Part shown: in pieces, positions 1-8,727 of the stretch
Position numbering within the stretch: position 1 is the first letter of the stretch
How the letters are laid out: each line of letters starts with the position of its first letter
DNA from: an uncultured Acidobacteriota bacterium
GTDB taxonomy: Bacteria > Acidobacteriota > Terriglobia > Acidiferrales > UBA7541
DNA length: 64,000 bases
Assembly: GCA_963753475.1 (NCBI GenBank)
Contig: CAVWCN010000022.1
Coordinates: forward strand, 14,036 to 78,035
Direction: 5' to 3'
Notes under the pieces: model-generated
What the model saw: only the letters and a program-made list of their open reading frames with translations
Database searches by the model: none
Told to the model about the DNA's origin: nothing
Made by a program: the position numbers and the translations under genes

Positions 1-687
1 TCGGCGGCGGCCGGCATGCACCGCTTCGTCTGGGATCTCCGATACACGCCCGCGCCAGGTCCGCCGCTCTTTCCCGGCGCTGCGTTCTTCGGATTCGGGG
101 GCGCCAGCCCGGCAGCTCTGCCCGGCACTTACACCGTGAAGCTCACGGTGGACGGGAAGAGCTACACGCAACCGCTTACGGTGAAGATGGATCCGCGCAT
201 CAAGGCTCCGCTCGTCGACTTGCAGAGGCAATTCGAGACTGGCATGGCCATCTCGCGCCGGCAAAATGAGATTGACCAGGCGCAGCATCAAATTGGCGAG
301 GTCCGCGGGCAGATTGCAAAGCTTCGCCCGCAGGCAACGGGCCATGCCGCACTCGCTTCGGCGCTCGCTTCGATCGACCGCGATGCCGAATCGGTCGGCG
401 GAACTCGTGCGCCGCGGGTCGCTCCGGGGAATGTCCCTCCGCCTCCGAAGGAGGAGACGAGCCTGGCGTTCCTCGGCGGCGACTTGGCGCAAATTGCCTT
501 TGCGGTGGACGCGGGACAATCCGCACCGACTGCGGAAGAGCTGCACGCGCTCGCCGATGCCGGAGCCACGCTCGCGAAGACGATGGCGCGGTGGTCGTCC
601 ATCAAAACGAAGGACTTGCCCGCCCTAAACGAGAAACTCAAGCAGGCCGGGCTTGCTCCCATCGTCATCCACGCGGGCAAGCTCTAG
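1..687 (+). CDS. C-terminal part of a large secreted BNR/sortilin(VPS10)-like repeat protein; the 5' end lies outside the window
   Basis: The frame is open from nt 1 to the TAG at 685-687 (ORF track 16..687). The tail GTYTVKLTVDGKSYTQPLTVKMDPR plus a helical C-terminus resembles the ends of acidobacterial WD40/BNR-like glycosidase-like proteins. Family assigned from memory only. Confidence 0.45.
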   Translation, partial: SAAAGMHRFVWDLRYTPAPGPPLFPGAAFFGFGGASPAALPGTYTVKLTVDGKSYTQPLTVKMDPRIKAPLVDLQRQFETGMAISRRQNEIDQAQHQIGEVRGQIAKLRPQATGHAALASALASIDRDAESVGGTRAPRVAPGNVPPPPKEETSLAFLGGDLAQIAFAVDAGQSAPTAEELHALADAGATLAKTMARWSSIKTKDLPALNEKLKQAGLAPIVIHAGKL

Positions 688-750
688 GCCGAGGCTGGCC
701 GCGACGAGATTGCTGTTTGGGTCCATCGTGGACGACGATGTAGGCAGCGC

Positions 751-770
751 CGGCGTCTCGCCGGCGAATT
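751..770. repeat. Copy 1 of a 20-nt exact direct repeat cggcgtctcgccggcgaatt (24 nt with one mismatch), built from the self-complementary octamer CGCCGGCG-TCT-CGCCGGCG
   Basis: Read directly. The identical 20-mer recurs at 1897-1916. Here it is extended by aggca...tgcct arms (742-775), giving a long hairpin 55-90 nt downstream of the stop at 687. Confidence 0.8.
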
Positions 771-976
771 TGCCTCTGCTCTTGTTTCGCGGGCTTCGCC
801 CTTGCACTGCCTCCCCTGATTGTCTCGGCGAAGGGAGCGAGCCGCGGGGCGACGATTGTGCTGAACACACAGCCGGCCTGCCCACAAACAGGCCACCGGC
901 GCAGTGCCGGGAACCCAAATAGACAAAAACGCCAAGCCCCCGGAGCGGCCATTGACTCTCGGCCGCTACTTGCGAT

Positions 977-1582
977 TCAGTCGAATTCGTACCGTGCCGG
1001 GGGCTGCTTCGGGCCGACGCGGCCCGCCTCAATTCGGGCCTTCGCGTAGTTCTCACCGCGAACGGGCGCACCGGCCAAACGCCGCAGTATCGAGATTTGC
1101 CCCACGTGCGTCAGGGCGTCCGCGATCGGCCCCTGGAAGAGCTCTTCCGGACTGCATGCAAGGTGTTTAGGGGAACCAAGGCGGGCGTCAAACGCCTTCA
1201 GGGCTGCGAAAAAGCGCGCCGAGCCTTTTTCCCAGGGGAGTGGCCGCGAATTGTGCCACTTCTCCGCTCCATTTGCTTTTGACAGTGCCCAGTCAAGCAG
1301 GTCGCCAAGGTGGGCCAGAATCTGTCCGGGCGTCCGCGTCGTGTCCCCGGCGCGAAATCCCTCGAATCCGGCGGGCGCTCCGCGAAGCGCTTTGCCTCCC
1401 CGGTAAGCCAACGTGGCTATAGTGTGACGAAGCAGAGCACGCTCCGTTCGCACCGGTACCCTTTTCTTCTTTGGCAACGACGCAACCTCCCGGCGACGGA
1501 ATGCGCCGATTTTATCATTTCGGACCTCGCGCCGCCTCGGCCTCTGGCCTCGATCTGATTTGTGGGTACTAGTCCTTGACAA
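977..1582 (-). CDS. DinB-fold (DinB/YfiT-like) family protein
   Basis: ORF track 977..1582. The body (LLRHTIATLAYRGGKAL...ILAHLGDLLDWAL...IADALTHVGQISILRRL) looks like a four-helix DinB-fold protein. The first 43 aa are Arg/Lys-rich and unlikely to be real, so an in-frame GTG at 1453 (158 aa) is a more plausible start. Confidence 0.6.
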   Translation of the reverse strand: MSRTSTHKSDRGQRPRRREVRNDKIGAFRRREVASLPKKKRVPVRTERALLRHTIATLAYRGGKALRGAPAGFEGFRAGDTTRTPGQILAHLGDLLDWALSKANGAEKWHNSRPLPWEKGSARFFAALKAFDARLGSPKHLACSPEELFQGPIADALTHVGQISILRRLAGAPVRGENYAKARIEAGRVGPKQPPARYEFD

Positions 1583-1733
1583 TACTATTACTATATGATA
1601 ACGTTCGTTCGGAGATATGTAACGTGACCGGCCAACGCCAACACAGCACCGCCATTCCTAAATCGGGAAATCAGCGCGGGCTCGCCCGCCGGGCCGGCCA
1701 TCCGTCGTCCAGCCTCCAACGTCAAGCCTCCGG

Positions 1734-1815
1734 AATTACTCGATACACGTGTCGAGAAAAAAATTAGGTCCACTACTCTGAAATCAATAACATGACCAAA
1801 AATTACTCGATACAC
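1734..1815. repeat. Two exact copies of the 15-mer aattactcgatacac (1734-1748 and 1801-1815) inside an AT-rich intergenic island
   Basis: Read directly. Copy 1 continues into the near-palindrome ctcgatacacgtgtcgag. Local composition (about 1560-1830) is visibly AT-richer than the rest of the window. Confidence 0.75.
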
Positions 1816-1896
1816 TTTTGAGGTGTTTCGTCGAAAGGAGCTTCTACCGGTTTCTTCGACTGGGTCACCGTTGACTTATCCCGGCCCTTGTGGCGT

Positions 1897-1916
1897 CGGC
1901 GTCTCGCCGGCGAATT
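1897..1916. repeat. Copy 2 of the 20-nt direct repeat cggcgtctcgccggcgaatt
   Basis: Identical to 751-770 and in the same orientation. Together the two copies bracket the DinB-fold gene and the AT-rich island. Confidence 0.8.
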
Positions 1917-2060
1917 AATTATCCGAGCTTTGATGGAAGGTCAACGGCGCGGCCGGAGTAAGTCAACAGCGTAGGCGTTTCGCAGCGCTGATGCGGGGTA
2001 TGGAACGCCTGTACGGAATGCTCATTGACACCCCCGCGCGGCGTTTCCATAATTTTCAGA

Positions 2061-2903
2061 ATGGCTCAGACTGGGAAGGATCGCCACAAGTCGGTCGAGA
2101 AGGCTCTGGAAGACGCGGTTTCCCGGGCATTGCGGGACAATCTCGCGCCGCTTCAGCGCACGGCCGAGGATCTTCAGCAGGCTTACGCCGATCTGGTGGC
2201 GGCCTGCTCCTCGACGCGTCCGGCAAACGCGCTTCCGGCGATGCTGCGCGCACAGACGTCCGCTGCCGCGCTGGCCGCAGGGCTTTCGGTGCTGTCGAAT
2301 TTTGTTACACTGGCGCTGAATCCCCGCGACCACCAAGCAGCCGCCGAACAATCCGAAGCGGAGGAACCCGCCGCGGGCACAGCCACGGCCGTCGAGGAAA
2401 ATCTCGCGCCTCCCGCGGCAACCGCGCACCCAGAACCCGAATCTCAACGGACGGAAGAGCCGGTCGCAACGCGAGAGCACGTTGCACATCATCCGGTTAG
2501 CGTCGCTCCAGATCCACCTGTCGAGGCTCCTGCGGAAGAGGCCGTTGCCGTTCAAGAAACCGGGGCTTCGCAAGCGGAGGCTTTCGACCTTGCCAGTCTT
2601 CCCCCTGAAGTACAAGATTTACACCGCCGGGCGAACCGCGTGGCGAAAGTCGCCATGCAGGATATAAAGCTTCTGCGGCCCAAGGACGTCCGGCTGGGCT
2701 GCGAGCACAAGGATATTTGCCATCGCTTACGCAACGATATCGATAAAGCCCGTAAGGAATACGACCGCCGCTTCCGCACGATCCTCGACGATCCGGTGGA
2801 CTATTTCCATCACTGGATGGTGCAAATCCTGGCTGAGGGAGACCCGGCAGCGCTGGGAGAGTATCCGTATCCCTCGTCAGCGGCACGCCCCGTGGGACGC
2901 TAA
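2061..2903 (+). CDS. Hypothetical protein with a low-complexity Ala/Pro/Glu-rich centre and a conserved-looking C-terminal domain
   Basis: ORF track 2025..2903 starts at a TTG; the first ATG is at 2061 (MAQTGKDRHK). The C-terminal ~90 aa (ANRVAKVAMQDIKLLRPKDV...DYFHHWMVQILAEGDPAALG) resemble an uncharacterised domain I recall in Myxococcota/Acidobacteriota proteins. No named family assigned. Confidence 0.55.
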   Translation: MAQTGKDRHKSVEKALEDAVSRALRDNLAPLQRTAEDLQQAYADLVAACSSTRPANALPAMLRAQTSAAALAAGLSVLSNFVTLALNPRDHQAAAEQSEAEEPAAGTATAVEENLAPPAATAHPEPESQRTEEPVATREHVAHHPVSVAPDPPVEAPAEEAVAVQETGASQAEAFDLASLPPEVQDLHRRANRVAKVAMQDIKLLRPKDVRLGCEHKDICHRLRNDIDKARKEYDRRFRTILDDPVDYFHHWMVQILAEGDPAALGEYPYPSSAARPVGR

Positions 2904-2949
2904 GACAAGGGGCCTGAAAACTGCGGCCCGGCTGGTTCTGGCCGCCGCC

Positions 2950-5160
2950 GTGTTTCTTCCGGTCGTCACGCTGCCCGTCGCGGCGCGAACGGAGCCGGCT
3001 ACCAAGCCCACCGCCCGGCCGGCGCAAAAGAAAACAAGCCGAACCGTCAAATACCTCGAGCAGCTTTCTCGCGAGTTAAAGGACAACCATCCAGAATCGG
3101 CGTACGCGCGGCTCAGCGCGTTCGCGATGCGGAAATCGTCGGGCGTTCTTGGAGCGCGCGCGGCACTCGCGCTGGGCTATTCCGACTATTCGAAAGGGGA
3201 GTTCGCGAAGGCGGCGCCGTGGTTCGAGCGTTCCACGGATGATCCGCTGCTGCGGGAATACGCGCTGTACTGGACGGCCGAGAACGATCTCGGGCTGAAT
3301 CAGAACGCCGAGGCGCTCGCAGATCTGAAGCGGCTTCGCAGCGATTTCCCGAACTCGGTGATTACGGATCAAGCGCTGCAGGCCCTGGGGGCCGCGGCGC
3401 TCGCGGCGAACCAGCCGCAGGAGGCGGTTGCCGCGCTGAACGGGTATCCGGCGACGTTGAAATCGCCGGCGCTGCTCCTGCTACGCGGCGAGTGCTACGA
3501 GAAAGCCGGGCAAGTGGCGCAGGCTGCCGCCGATTACCAGGACCTCTACCTGCGGTTCCCGACCGCCGATCAGGGCAGGACAGCGGCGATGAAATTGACG
3601 TTTCTTGCGAGCGCGCCCGGAAATTCGACTCCGCCGGTTTCTCTGGATCAGCAGGAGACCTACGCCGCGGCAATTTTTCAGGCGGGCTATTGGACGGAGG
3701 CGCGCCAGGCATATTCCGGAATTTTGCCGCGAGTGACGGGCGCGGATAACGAGCGGGCGCAATTGCGGATCCTCGAGTGTGGCGCCTTTCTTGGCGCGGG
3801 TCCCACGGAACTCGCGGCTCTTAAAGTGACGGATCCCGACGTGGATGCCGAGCGGTTCCACGCGCTCGCGGAAGTCTACCGGGCTCTGGGGCAGGACGCG
3901 GAAATGGCGGCGGCGGTGGAAGGCGCGGCGTCGCGCGATGCGCAGAGCATTTGGACCGAGCGCGCTTTGATGTTGGCGGGAAACGATTATTGGGTGGAGC
4001 TGAATCGCGACCAGGCCGCGAGCTATTACAAGCGCCTTGAAGAGAGTTTTCCGGACGCGCCCGATGCCGTCCCGGCGCAGTGGCGCCTCAGTTGGACCTC
4101 CGTTCTGAAGCGCCAGGCGGACGCTACGCAACTTCTCGCCGAGCACGTTCGCCGCTTCCCGAAATCGCCGTACATTCCGGACGCGCTTTACTGGCTTGGG
4201 CGTCTTTCGGAGGAAGCGGGCAACCCCGCGGTTGCGCGCAGCTATTACGACAAGCTCGTCGCGCGTTTCCCGGAAAATTATTTCGAAACGGCCGCCGAAA
4301 CGCGCCTCCGCGCCCTGGGCGATGGAACGGAGGGGGACCCCGATGTTCTCGCCCTGATTCCTCCGGCTCCTCCCATTCCGAAGTTAGGCGAGGCCATCCC
4401 TGCCGCGGCGGCGGACTGGAAGGAGCGCGCGGATGCATTGCGCTCGATCGCGTTCGATTCGTCGGCTGAACTCGAGTTGCGGGCGGCGTATGAGGCGACG
4501 GGCGAACCTCGCCTGCTGTTTGAAGCGGCGCAAGCGGCGGTTGCCGGGAAGCATGTTGGAGCGGCGATTGTCGCGGTGCGCCAGATTTATCCGCAGCTCG
4601 AATCGCACGCGTTCGACGCCATCCCGCTTGATGTTTGGAAAACCGCGTACGCGTTGCCTTACCGCGCATCGATCCAGCGTTGGTCGGCGCGGGCGGGAGT
4701 GGATCCGCTGCTGGTGGCCGGACTCATGCGGCAAGAATCGGCTTTTGAGAAGGCAGCGCACTCGGATGCGAACGCGATGGGCTTGATGCAGCTCGAGCCG
4801 GAAACTGCGCACAGCATGGCGCGTAAGATCCGAATCCGCTATTCGCAAGCGCGGCTCTTCGATCCCGAATACAACATTCGGCTCGGTACGTTCTATCTCT
4901 CGCAATTGGAGAAACAGTTCGGCGGCGTCGAATGGGCTCTGGCAGCGTACAATGCGGGCGAGGATCGCGTGACGGCGTGGACCACCGGCCAGACCTATCG
5001 CGAGCCGGCCGAGTTTGTGGACTCGATCCCATTTACGCAGACACGCGAGTACGTCGAAATGGTTTCACGCAACGCCGACATCTATCGCCGGCTCTACGGA
5101 GCGAAGCATGAATCCCGCCACACCAAAAAGCGCAGTCGCCGCGCCACGGGGAAACGCTAG
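2950..5160 (+). CDS. slt: Soluble lytic murein transglycosylase (Slt70-like: TPR/superhelical N-terminal region plus C-terminal SLT domain)
   Basis: ORF 2950..5160. SLT motifs LMRQESAFEK, GLMQL and AYNAGEDRV are present. The GTG at 2950 gives a truncated signal peptide, whereas an in-frame CTG at 2914 would give a textbook one (KTAARLVLAAAVFLPVVTLPVAA). Confidence 0.85.
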   Translation: MFLPVVTLPVAARTEPATKPTARPAQKKTSRTVKYLEQLSRELKDNHPESAYARLSAFAMRKSSGVLGARAALALGYSDYSKGEFAKAAPWFERSTDDPLLREYALYWTAENDLGLNQNAEALADLKRLRSDFPNSVITDQALQALGAAALAANQPQEAVAALNGYPATLKSPALLLLRGECYEKAGQVAQAAADYQDLYLRFPTADQGRTAAMKLTFLASAPGNSTPPVSLDQQETYAAAIFQAGYWTEARQAYSGILPRVTGADNERAQLRILECGAFLGAGPTELAALKVTDPDVDAERFHALAEVYRALGQDAEMAAAVEGAASRDAQSIWTERALMLAGNDYWVELNRDQAASYYKRLEESFPDAPDAVPAQWRLSWTSVLKRQADATQLLAEHVRRFPKSPYIPDALYWLGRLSEEAGNPAVARSYYDKLVARFPENYFETAAETRLRALGDGTEGDPDVLALIPPAPPIPKLGEAIPAAAADWKERADALRSIAFDSSAELELRAAYEATGEPRLLFEAAQAAVAGKHVGAAIVAVRQIYPQLESHAFDAIPLDVWKTAYALPYRASIQRWSARAGVDPLLVAGLMRQESAFEKAAHSDANAMGLMQLEPETAHSMARKIRIRYSQARLFDPEYNIRLGTFYLSQLEKQFGGVEWALAAYNAGEDRVTAWTTGQTYREPAEFVDSIPFTQTREYVEMVSRNADIYRRLYGAKHESRHTKKRSRRATGKR

Positions 5161-6322
5161 CTCGCGTCTTTCCACAAAAGCCGAACACTTCACCGAGTCG
5201 GTGATCCGCGAGATGACGCGCCTGGCGCTGAAGCATGGCGCCGTGAATCTCTCGCAGGGCTTTCCCGATTTCCCCGCGCCCGCCGAGATCAAAGCGGCCG
5301 CGCAGCAGGCCATCGCCGCCGACATCAACCAGTACGCCATCACCTGGGGAGCGAAGAAATTTCGCGACGCCATCGCCGAAAAGTTTTCGCGCACGCAGGG
5401 CGTTTCCGTCGATCCTGAGCGCGAAATCACGGTCTGCTGCGGTTCCACGGAAGCGATGATGTCCGCCATGATGGCCATCATCAATCCGGGCGACGAAGTG
5501 GTGGTCTTCGAGCCGTTCTACGAGAATTACGGTCCCGACGCGATTCTTTCCGGCGCAACGCCGCGCTTCGTGAGGCTTCGCCCGCCGGATTGGACGTTCG
5601 ATCCCGACGAGCTTGCCGCAGCGTTCGGCCCGGCGACCAAAGCGATCATCCTGAACACGCCGAATAATCCGACGGGGAAAGTCTTCGCGCGCGCCGAACT
5701 GGAAACGATACGCGATCTCTGCCTGCGCTGGAACGCCTTTGCCATCACCGACGAGATTTACGAGCACATGCTCTACGACGGAGCGACGCACATCTCCATG
5801 GCCGCAATCGAGGGCATGCGCGACCGCACCATCACGATCAACGCGCTCTCGAAGACGTACAGCGTCACCGGCTGGCGCGTGGGCTGGGCGATTGCGGCGC
5901 CGGAAGTCACCGCTGCGATTCGGAAGGTGCACGATTTTCTGACTGTGGGCGCGGCCGCTCCTTTGCAGGAGGCGGGCGCCGTCGCGTTGAAGTTTCCGCA
6001 GAGTTATTACGGCACGCTCGCCGACGAATATGCCGCGCGCCGCGAACGGTTGCTGGGAATCCTCAACGCTGCCGGCTTCCGCTGCTTCAAGCCGCGCGGG
6101 GCGTACTACATCATGACCGACATTTCCGCATTTGGTTTTCCGGACGACGTTGCTTTTGCAAAACATCTTGTGACAGAGATCGGCGTCGCTGCCGTTCCCG
6201 GGTCCAGCTTCTACCAGAATCCGACCGACGGCCGAACGCAGCTCCGCTTCACATTTTGCAAGACAGAAAGAACCTTCCAGTCCGCCGCCGATCGCCTCGC
6301 CAAACTCAAGCGAATTCTGTAG
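5108..6322 (+). CDS. Class I/II PLP-dependent aminotransferase (YbdL/kynurenine-aminotransferase-like)
   Basis: ORF track 5015..6322. Motifs NLSQGFPDFP, NTPNNPTGKVF and the Lys motif SKTYSVTGWRVGW are present. The ATG at 5108 is the first Met and overlaps the slt 3' end by 53 nt, so a later non-ATG start is possible. Confidence 0.85.
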   Translation: MNPATPKSAVAAPRGNASSRLSTKAEHFTESVIREMTRLALKHGAVNLSQGFPDFPAPAEIKAAAQQAIAADINQYAITWGAKKFRDAIAEKFSRTQGVSVDPEREITVCCGSTEAMMSAMMAIINPGDEVVVFEPFYENYGPDAILSGATPRFVRLRPPDWTFDPDELAAAFGPATKAIILNTPNNPTGKVFARAELETIRDLCLRWNAFAITDEIYEHMLYDGATHISMAAIEGMRDRTITINALSKTYSVTGWRVGWAIAAPEVTAAIRKVHDFLTVGAAAPLQEAGAVALKFPQSYYGTLADEYAARRERLLGILNAAGFRCFKPRGAYYIMTDISAFGFPDDVAFAKHLVTEIGVAAVPGSSFYQNPTDGRTQLRFTFCKTERTFQSAADRLAKLKRIL

Positions 6323-6451
6323 CATCACCGGCAAAGGAGTATCGCGATGGAACAGCGCGTGAGCATCATCACGCTTGGTGTGACCGACCTGAAGCGCAGC
6401 GCGGAATTTTACGAGTGGCTCGGGTGGCGGCGGTCCAGGAGGCGTAATACA

Positions 6452-6778
6452 ATGGCGTCAATCATGACCTCCTTGGCCCAGTACATGGCGCAATACGATC
6501 ACGAGCACACGAATCCGTGGAACAAACTTCTGCACGGCATTGGAATACCGATCATTCTTGCGGGAATCGTTCTGGCTGCGCTGACGTACTGGCGCGTCGG
6601 CCTCGGGCTTTTCGTGGGAGGATGGATTCTTCTGTTCGCCGGCCACCGGATCGAAGGCAACAAGCCCGCGTTCTTCCAAGGCGTGATTTATTTTCTGGTT
6701 GGCCCGATCTGGATTGCGAAGGAACTGAAAGACGCTCTCTTCGGGTCCTCTTCGCGGTCTTCCGCCGAGCGCCACTGA
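6452..6778 (+). CDS. DUF962 (Mpo1/YGL010w-like) membrane protein
   Basis: ORF track 6347..6778. From the Met at 6452: AQYDHEHTNPWNKLLHGIGIPIILAGIV...FAGHRIEGNKPAFF, typical of DUF962. The upstream in-frame 35 codons are a VOC/glyoxalase N-terminal remnant (see findings). Confidence 0.65.
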   Translation: MASIMTSLAQYMAQYDHEHTNPWNKLLHGIGIPIILAGIVLAALTYWRVGLGLFVGGWILLFAGHRIEGNKPAFFQGVIYFLVGPIWIAKELKDALFGSSSRSSAERH

Positions 6779-6878
6779 TTCTGCAGCCGCGCCGTCTGTC
6801 CTTTTTGGCGGTGCGTCTCCCGAACGGGGCCTGAGGTTTGACCGCGTGCTAGAATCCTTTCGGGTTAGGAGCTCATCG

Positions 6879-7280
6879 ATGGCGATGGAACTCGAATTGA
6901 TTCCGCAGGCCACGCGCCTGACCGCGAACGGCGAAGGGGAGCCATTCGACATCGCTGCCAGCGGAACGCGCACGTTTCTCTGCACGATGCTCGTTACCGA
7001 CCAGGTCGAGCAGGAATCGATCGACATTTCCGTCTGGGGCTCGGGGGACGGCCAAAACTGGGGGACCAAGCCGCTGCTGATGATGCCGCAGCGTTTTTAT
7101 CGCGGCGAAACTCGCCAGGTCCTCGATCTTTCGCTCAAGGCTGAGATTCGCTTCATCCGCGCCAAGTGGGAACTCTTCCGCTGGGGCCGAGTCGCGCCTC
7201 ATCCCATGTTCGTCGCGGGCTTCCATCTCAGAGAAGTTCCCGCCTTCGCGCGAGCAGAGGCCAGGCCCGTTTCCAGTTAA
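6879..7280 (+). CDS. Hypothetical protein (133 aa, no recognisable family)
   Basis: ORF track 6846..7280 starts at a GTG. The ATG at 6879 is preceded by AGGAG at 6867-6871. Codon usage looks like that of neighbouring genes, and there is no signal peptide or TM segment. Confidence 0.5.
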   Translation: MAMELELIPQATRLTANGEGEPFDIAASGTRTFLCTMLVTDQVEQESIDISVWGSGDGQNWGTKPLLMMPQRFYRGETRQVLDLSLKAEIRFIRAKWELFRWGRVAPHPMFVAGFHLREVPAFARAEARPVSS

Positions 7281-7352
7281 CGACACGCCACCGATGAACT
7301 ACCGGTTCATTTCCCCGTTTGCGCCGGCCGCGCACAGCTTCGCGTGATCGCG

Positions 7353-7961
7353 ATGCGAGAGCCGGGCCAAATCGCCGGTTTCGTCCTTGCGGGGGGCGAG
7401 AGTTCGCGCATGGGGCACGACAAAGCGCTGCTCGAACTCGACGGCGTGCCGATGATCGTTCGCACGGCGCGCTTGATCGAGTCTGTTGCCGGCCCGCCGC
7501 TGGTTATCGGGTCGCCCGAAACGTATCAGCCTTTGGGATTGTGCGCGATTCGCGATGACTGGCCGGGCGCGGGACCGCTCGGCGCGATTGCGACAGCTTT
7601 GCGCGCATCGGAGTGCGCCTGGAATTTGATCGTGGCTTGTGATTTGCCGTATCTCACGCGGGAATGGCTCACGTTCCTCGTCAGCCGCGCGGTTTCGTCT
7701 GCCGCAGACGCGCTTCTCCCCATGAACGATCCCGGCCCGGAGCCGCTCTGCGCGATGTACAAGAAGACGTGCGAAGCTCCCGTCTGGCTCGCGCTGGACC
7801 GCGGCGTGCGCAAAGTCACCGAAGGTCTTGCTCATCTCCACGTCGAGTACATGGAACGCAGCGGATGGAAACGTTTTGATTCCGGCGGCCTCCTGTTCAA
7901 GAATATGAACTCACCCGCGGATTACGACGAGGCCAAAGCGCGCCGGGAAGGGCGCCACTAG
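7353..7961 (+). CDS. mobA: Molybdenum cofactor guanylyltransferase MobA
   Basis: ORF 7344..7961 (GTG) with an ATG at 7353. Motifs GFVLAGGESSRMGHDKALL, GPLGAIATAL and IVACDLPYL are present. Confidence 0.8.
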   Translation: MREPGQIAGFVLAGGESSRMGHDKALLELDGVPMIVRTARLIESVAGPPLVIGSPETYQPLGLCAIRDDWPGAGPLGAIATALRASECAWNLIVACDLPYLTREWLTFLVSRAVSSAADALLPMNDPGPEPLCAMYKKTCEAPVWLALDRGVRKVTEGLAHLHVEYMERSGWKRFDSGGLLFKNMNSPADYDEAKARREGRH

Positions 7962-7962
7962 C

Positions 7963-8727
7963 ATGAGCGAACACTACTTCGAATTCCGCAACGTCTCGAA
8001 ATCGTTCGACGAGAACAGCGTCCTGAAGGACGTGAGTTTCTTCGTGGACGAAGGAGAGACGGCCGTCATCATGGGCCGCAGCGGCGTCGGCAAGTCGGTT
8101 TCGCTGAAATTGCTGCTCGGCTTCCTGAATCCCGACGAGGGGCAAATCATCGTCGCCGGTCAGGACGTGACGCATTGGACCGAAGAGCAGTTTTCTGAAA
8201 TCCGCCGTTGCGTGACGATGGTCTTTCAGTCCGGCGCGCTTTTCGATTCACTGACCGTCGCCGAAAACGTCGCCTTTCCCATTCTGAGCCACGGCCGCCA
8301 CGATCCCGATGAAGTGGACCGCCGTGTCAACGAGCTGCTCGAGATGCTCGAAGTGGGCGAATTCGCCGACCGCCTGCCCGCCGATTTGAGCACGGGAATG
8401 AAACGAGCGGTGGCGATTGCGCGGGCGCTGGCCGAAAATCCGAATGCCATTCTCTACGATGAGCCGACCACCATGGTCGATCCGGTGATGGCATTGCACG
8501 TCAGCGACCTGATTCTGAAGCTGAAGCAGAAGTTCAAGAAGACGTCCATTGTCGTCACCCATGATACGCACCTGGGCAAACGGCTGGCCGATCGCGTGAT
8601 TTTTCTGCACGAGGGGCGCGTGGAGTTTTTCGGGCCGTGGGCCGAGCTCGAGCGCTCCGAAGATCCGTTTCTCCGCCACTTCCTTCTTGAGGACGAGCTG
8701 ATTCCCGCATTGGACGCAACCGCGTGA
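7963..8727 (+). CDS. ABC transporter ATP-binding protein, MlaF-like
   Basis: Walker A GRSGVGKS, signature LSTGMKRAVAIARAL, Walker B ILYDEPTT and H-loop VTHD. There is no cognate ABC permease next to it. Confidence 0.85.
   Translation: MSEHYFEFRNVSKSFDENSVLKDVSFFVDEGETAVIMGRSGVGKSVSLKLLLGFLNPDEGQIIVAGQDVTHWTEEQFSEIRRCVTMVFQSGALFDSLTVAENVAFPILSHGRHDPDEVDRRVNELLEMLEVGEFADRLPADLSTGMKRAVAIARALAENPNAILYDEPTTMVDPVMALHVSDLILKLKQKFKKTSIVVTHDTHLGKRLADRVIFLHEGRVEFFGPWAELERSEDPFLRHFLLEDELIPALDATA

Noticed and set aside
1576-1815. Small ORFs 1576..1767 (+) and 1591..1815 (-) in the AT-rich island
   Set aside because: They have no RBS, atypical composition and no recognisable motifs, and they mutually overlap on opposite strands. 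I treated the region as non-coding or regulatory instead.
5033-6334. A 433-aa ORF antisense to the aminotransferase gene
   Set aside because: It is a shadow ORF typical of high-GC DNA, with Arg/Gly/Ala-rich low-complexity translation and no motifs. The sense strand encodes a complete, motif-bearing aminotransferase.
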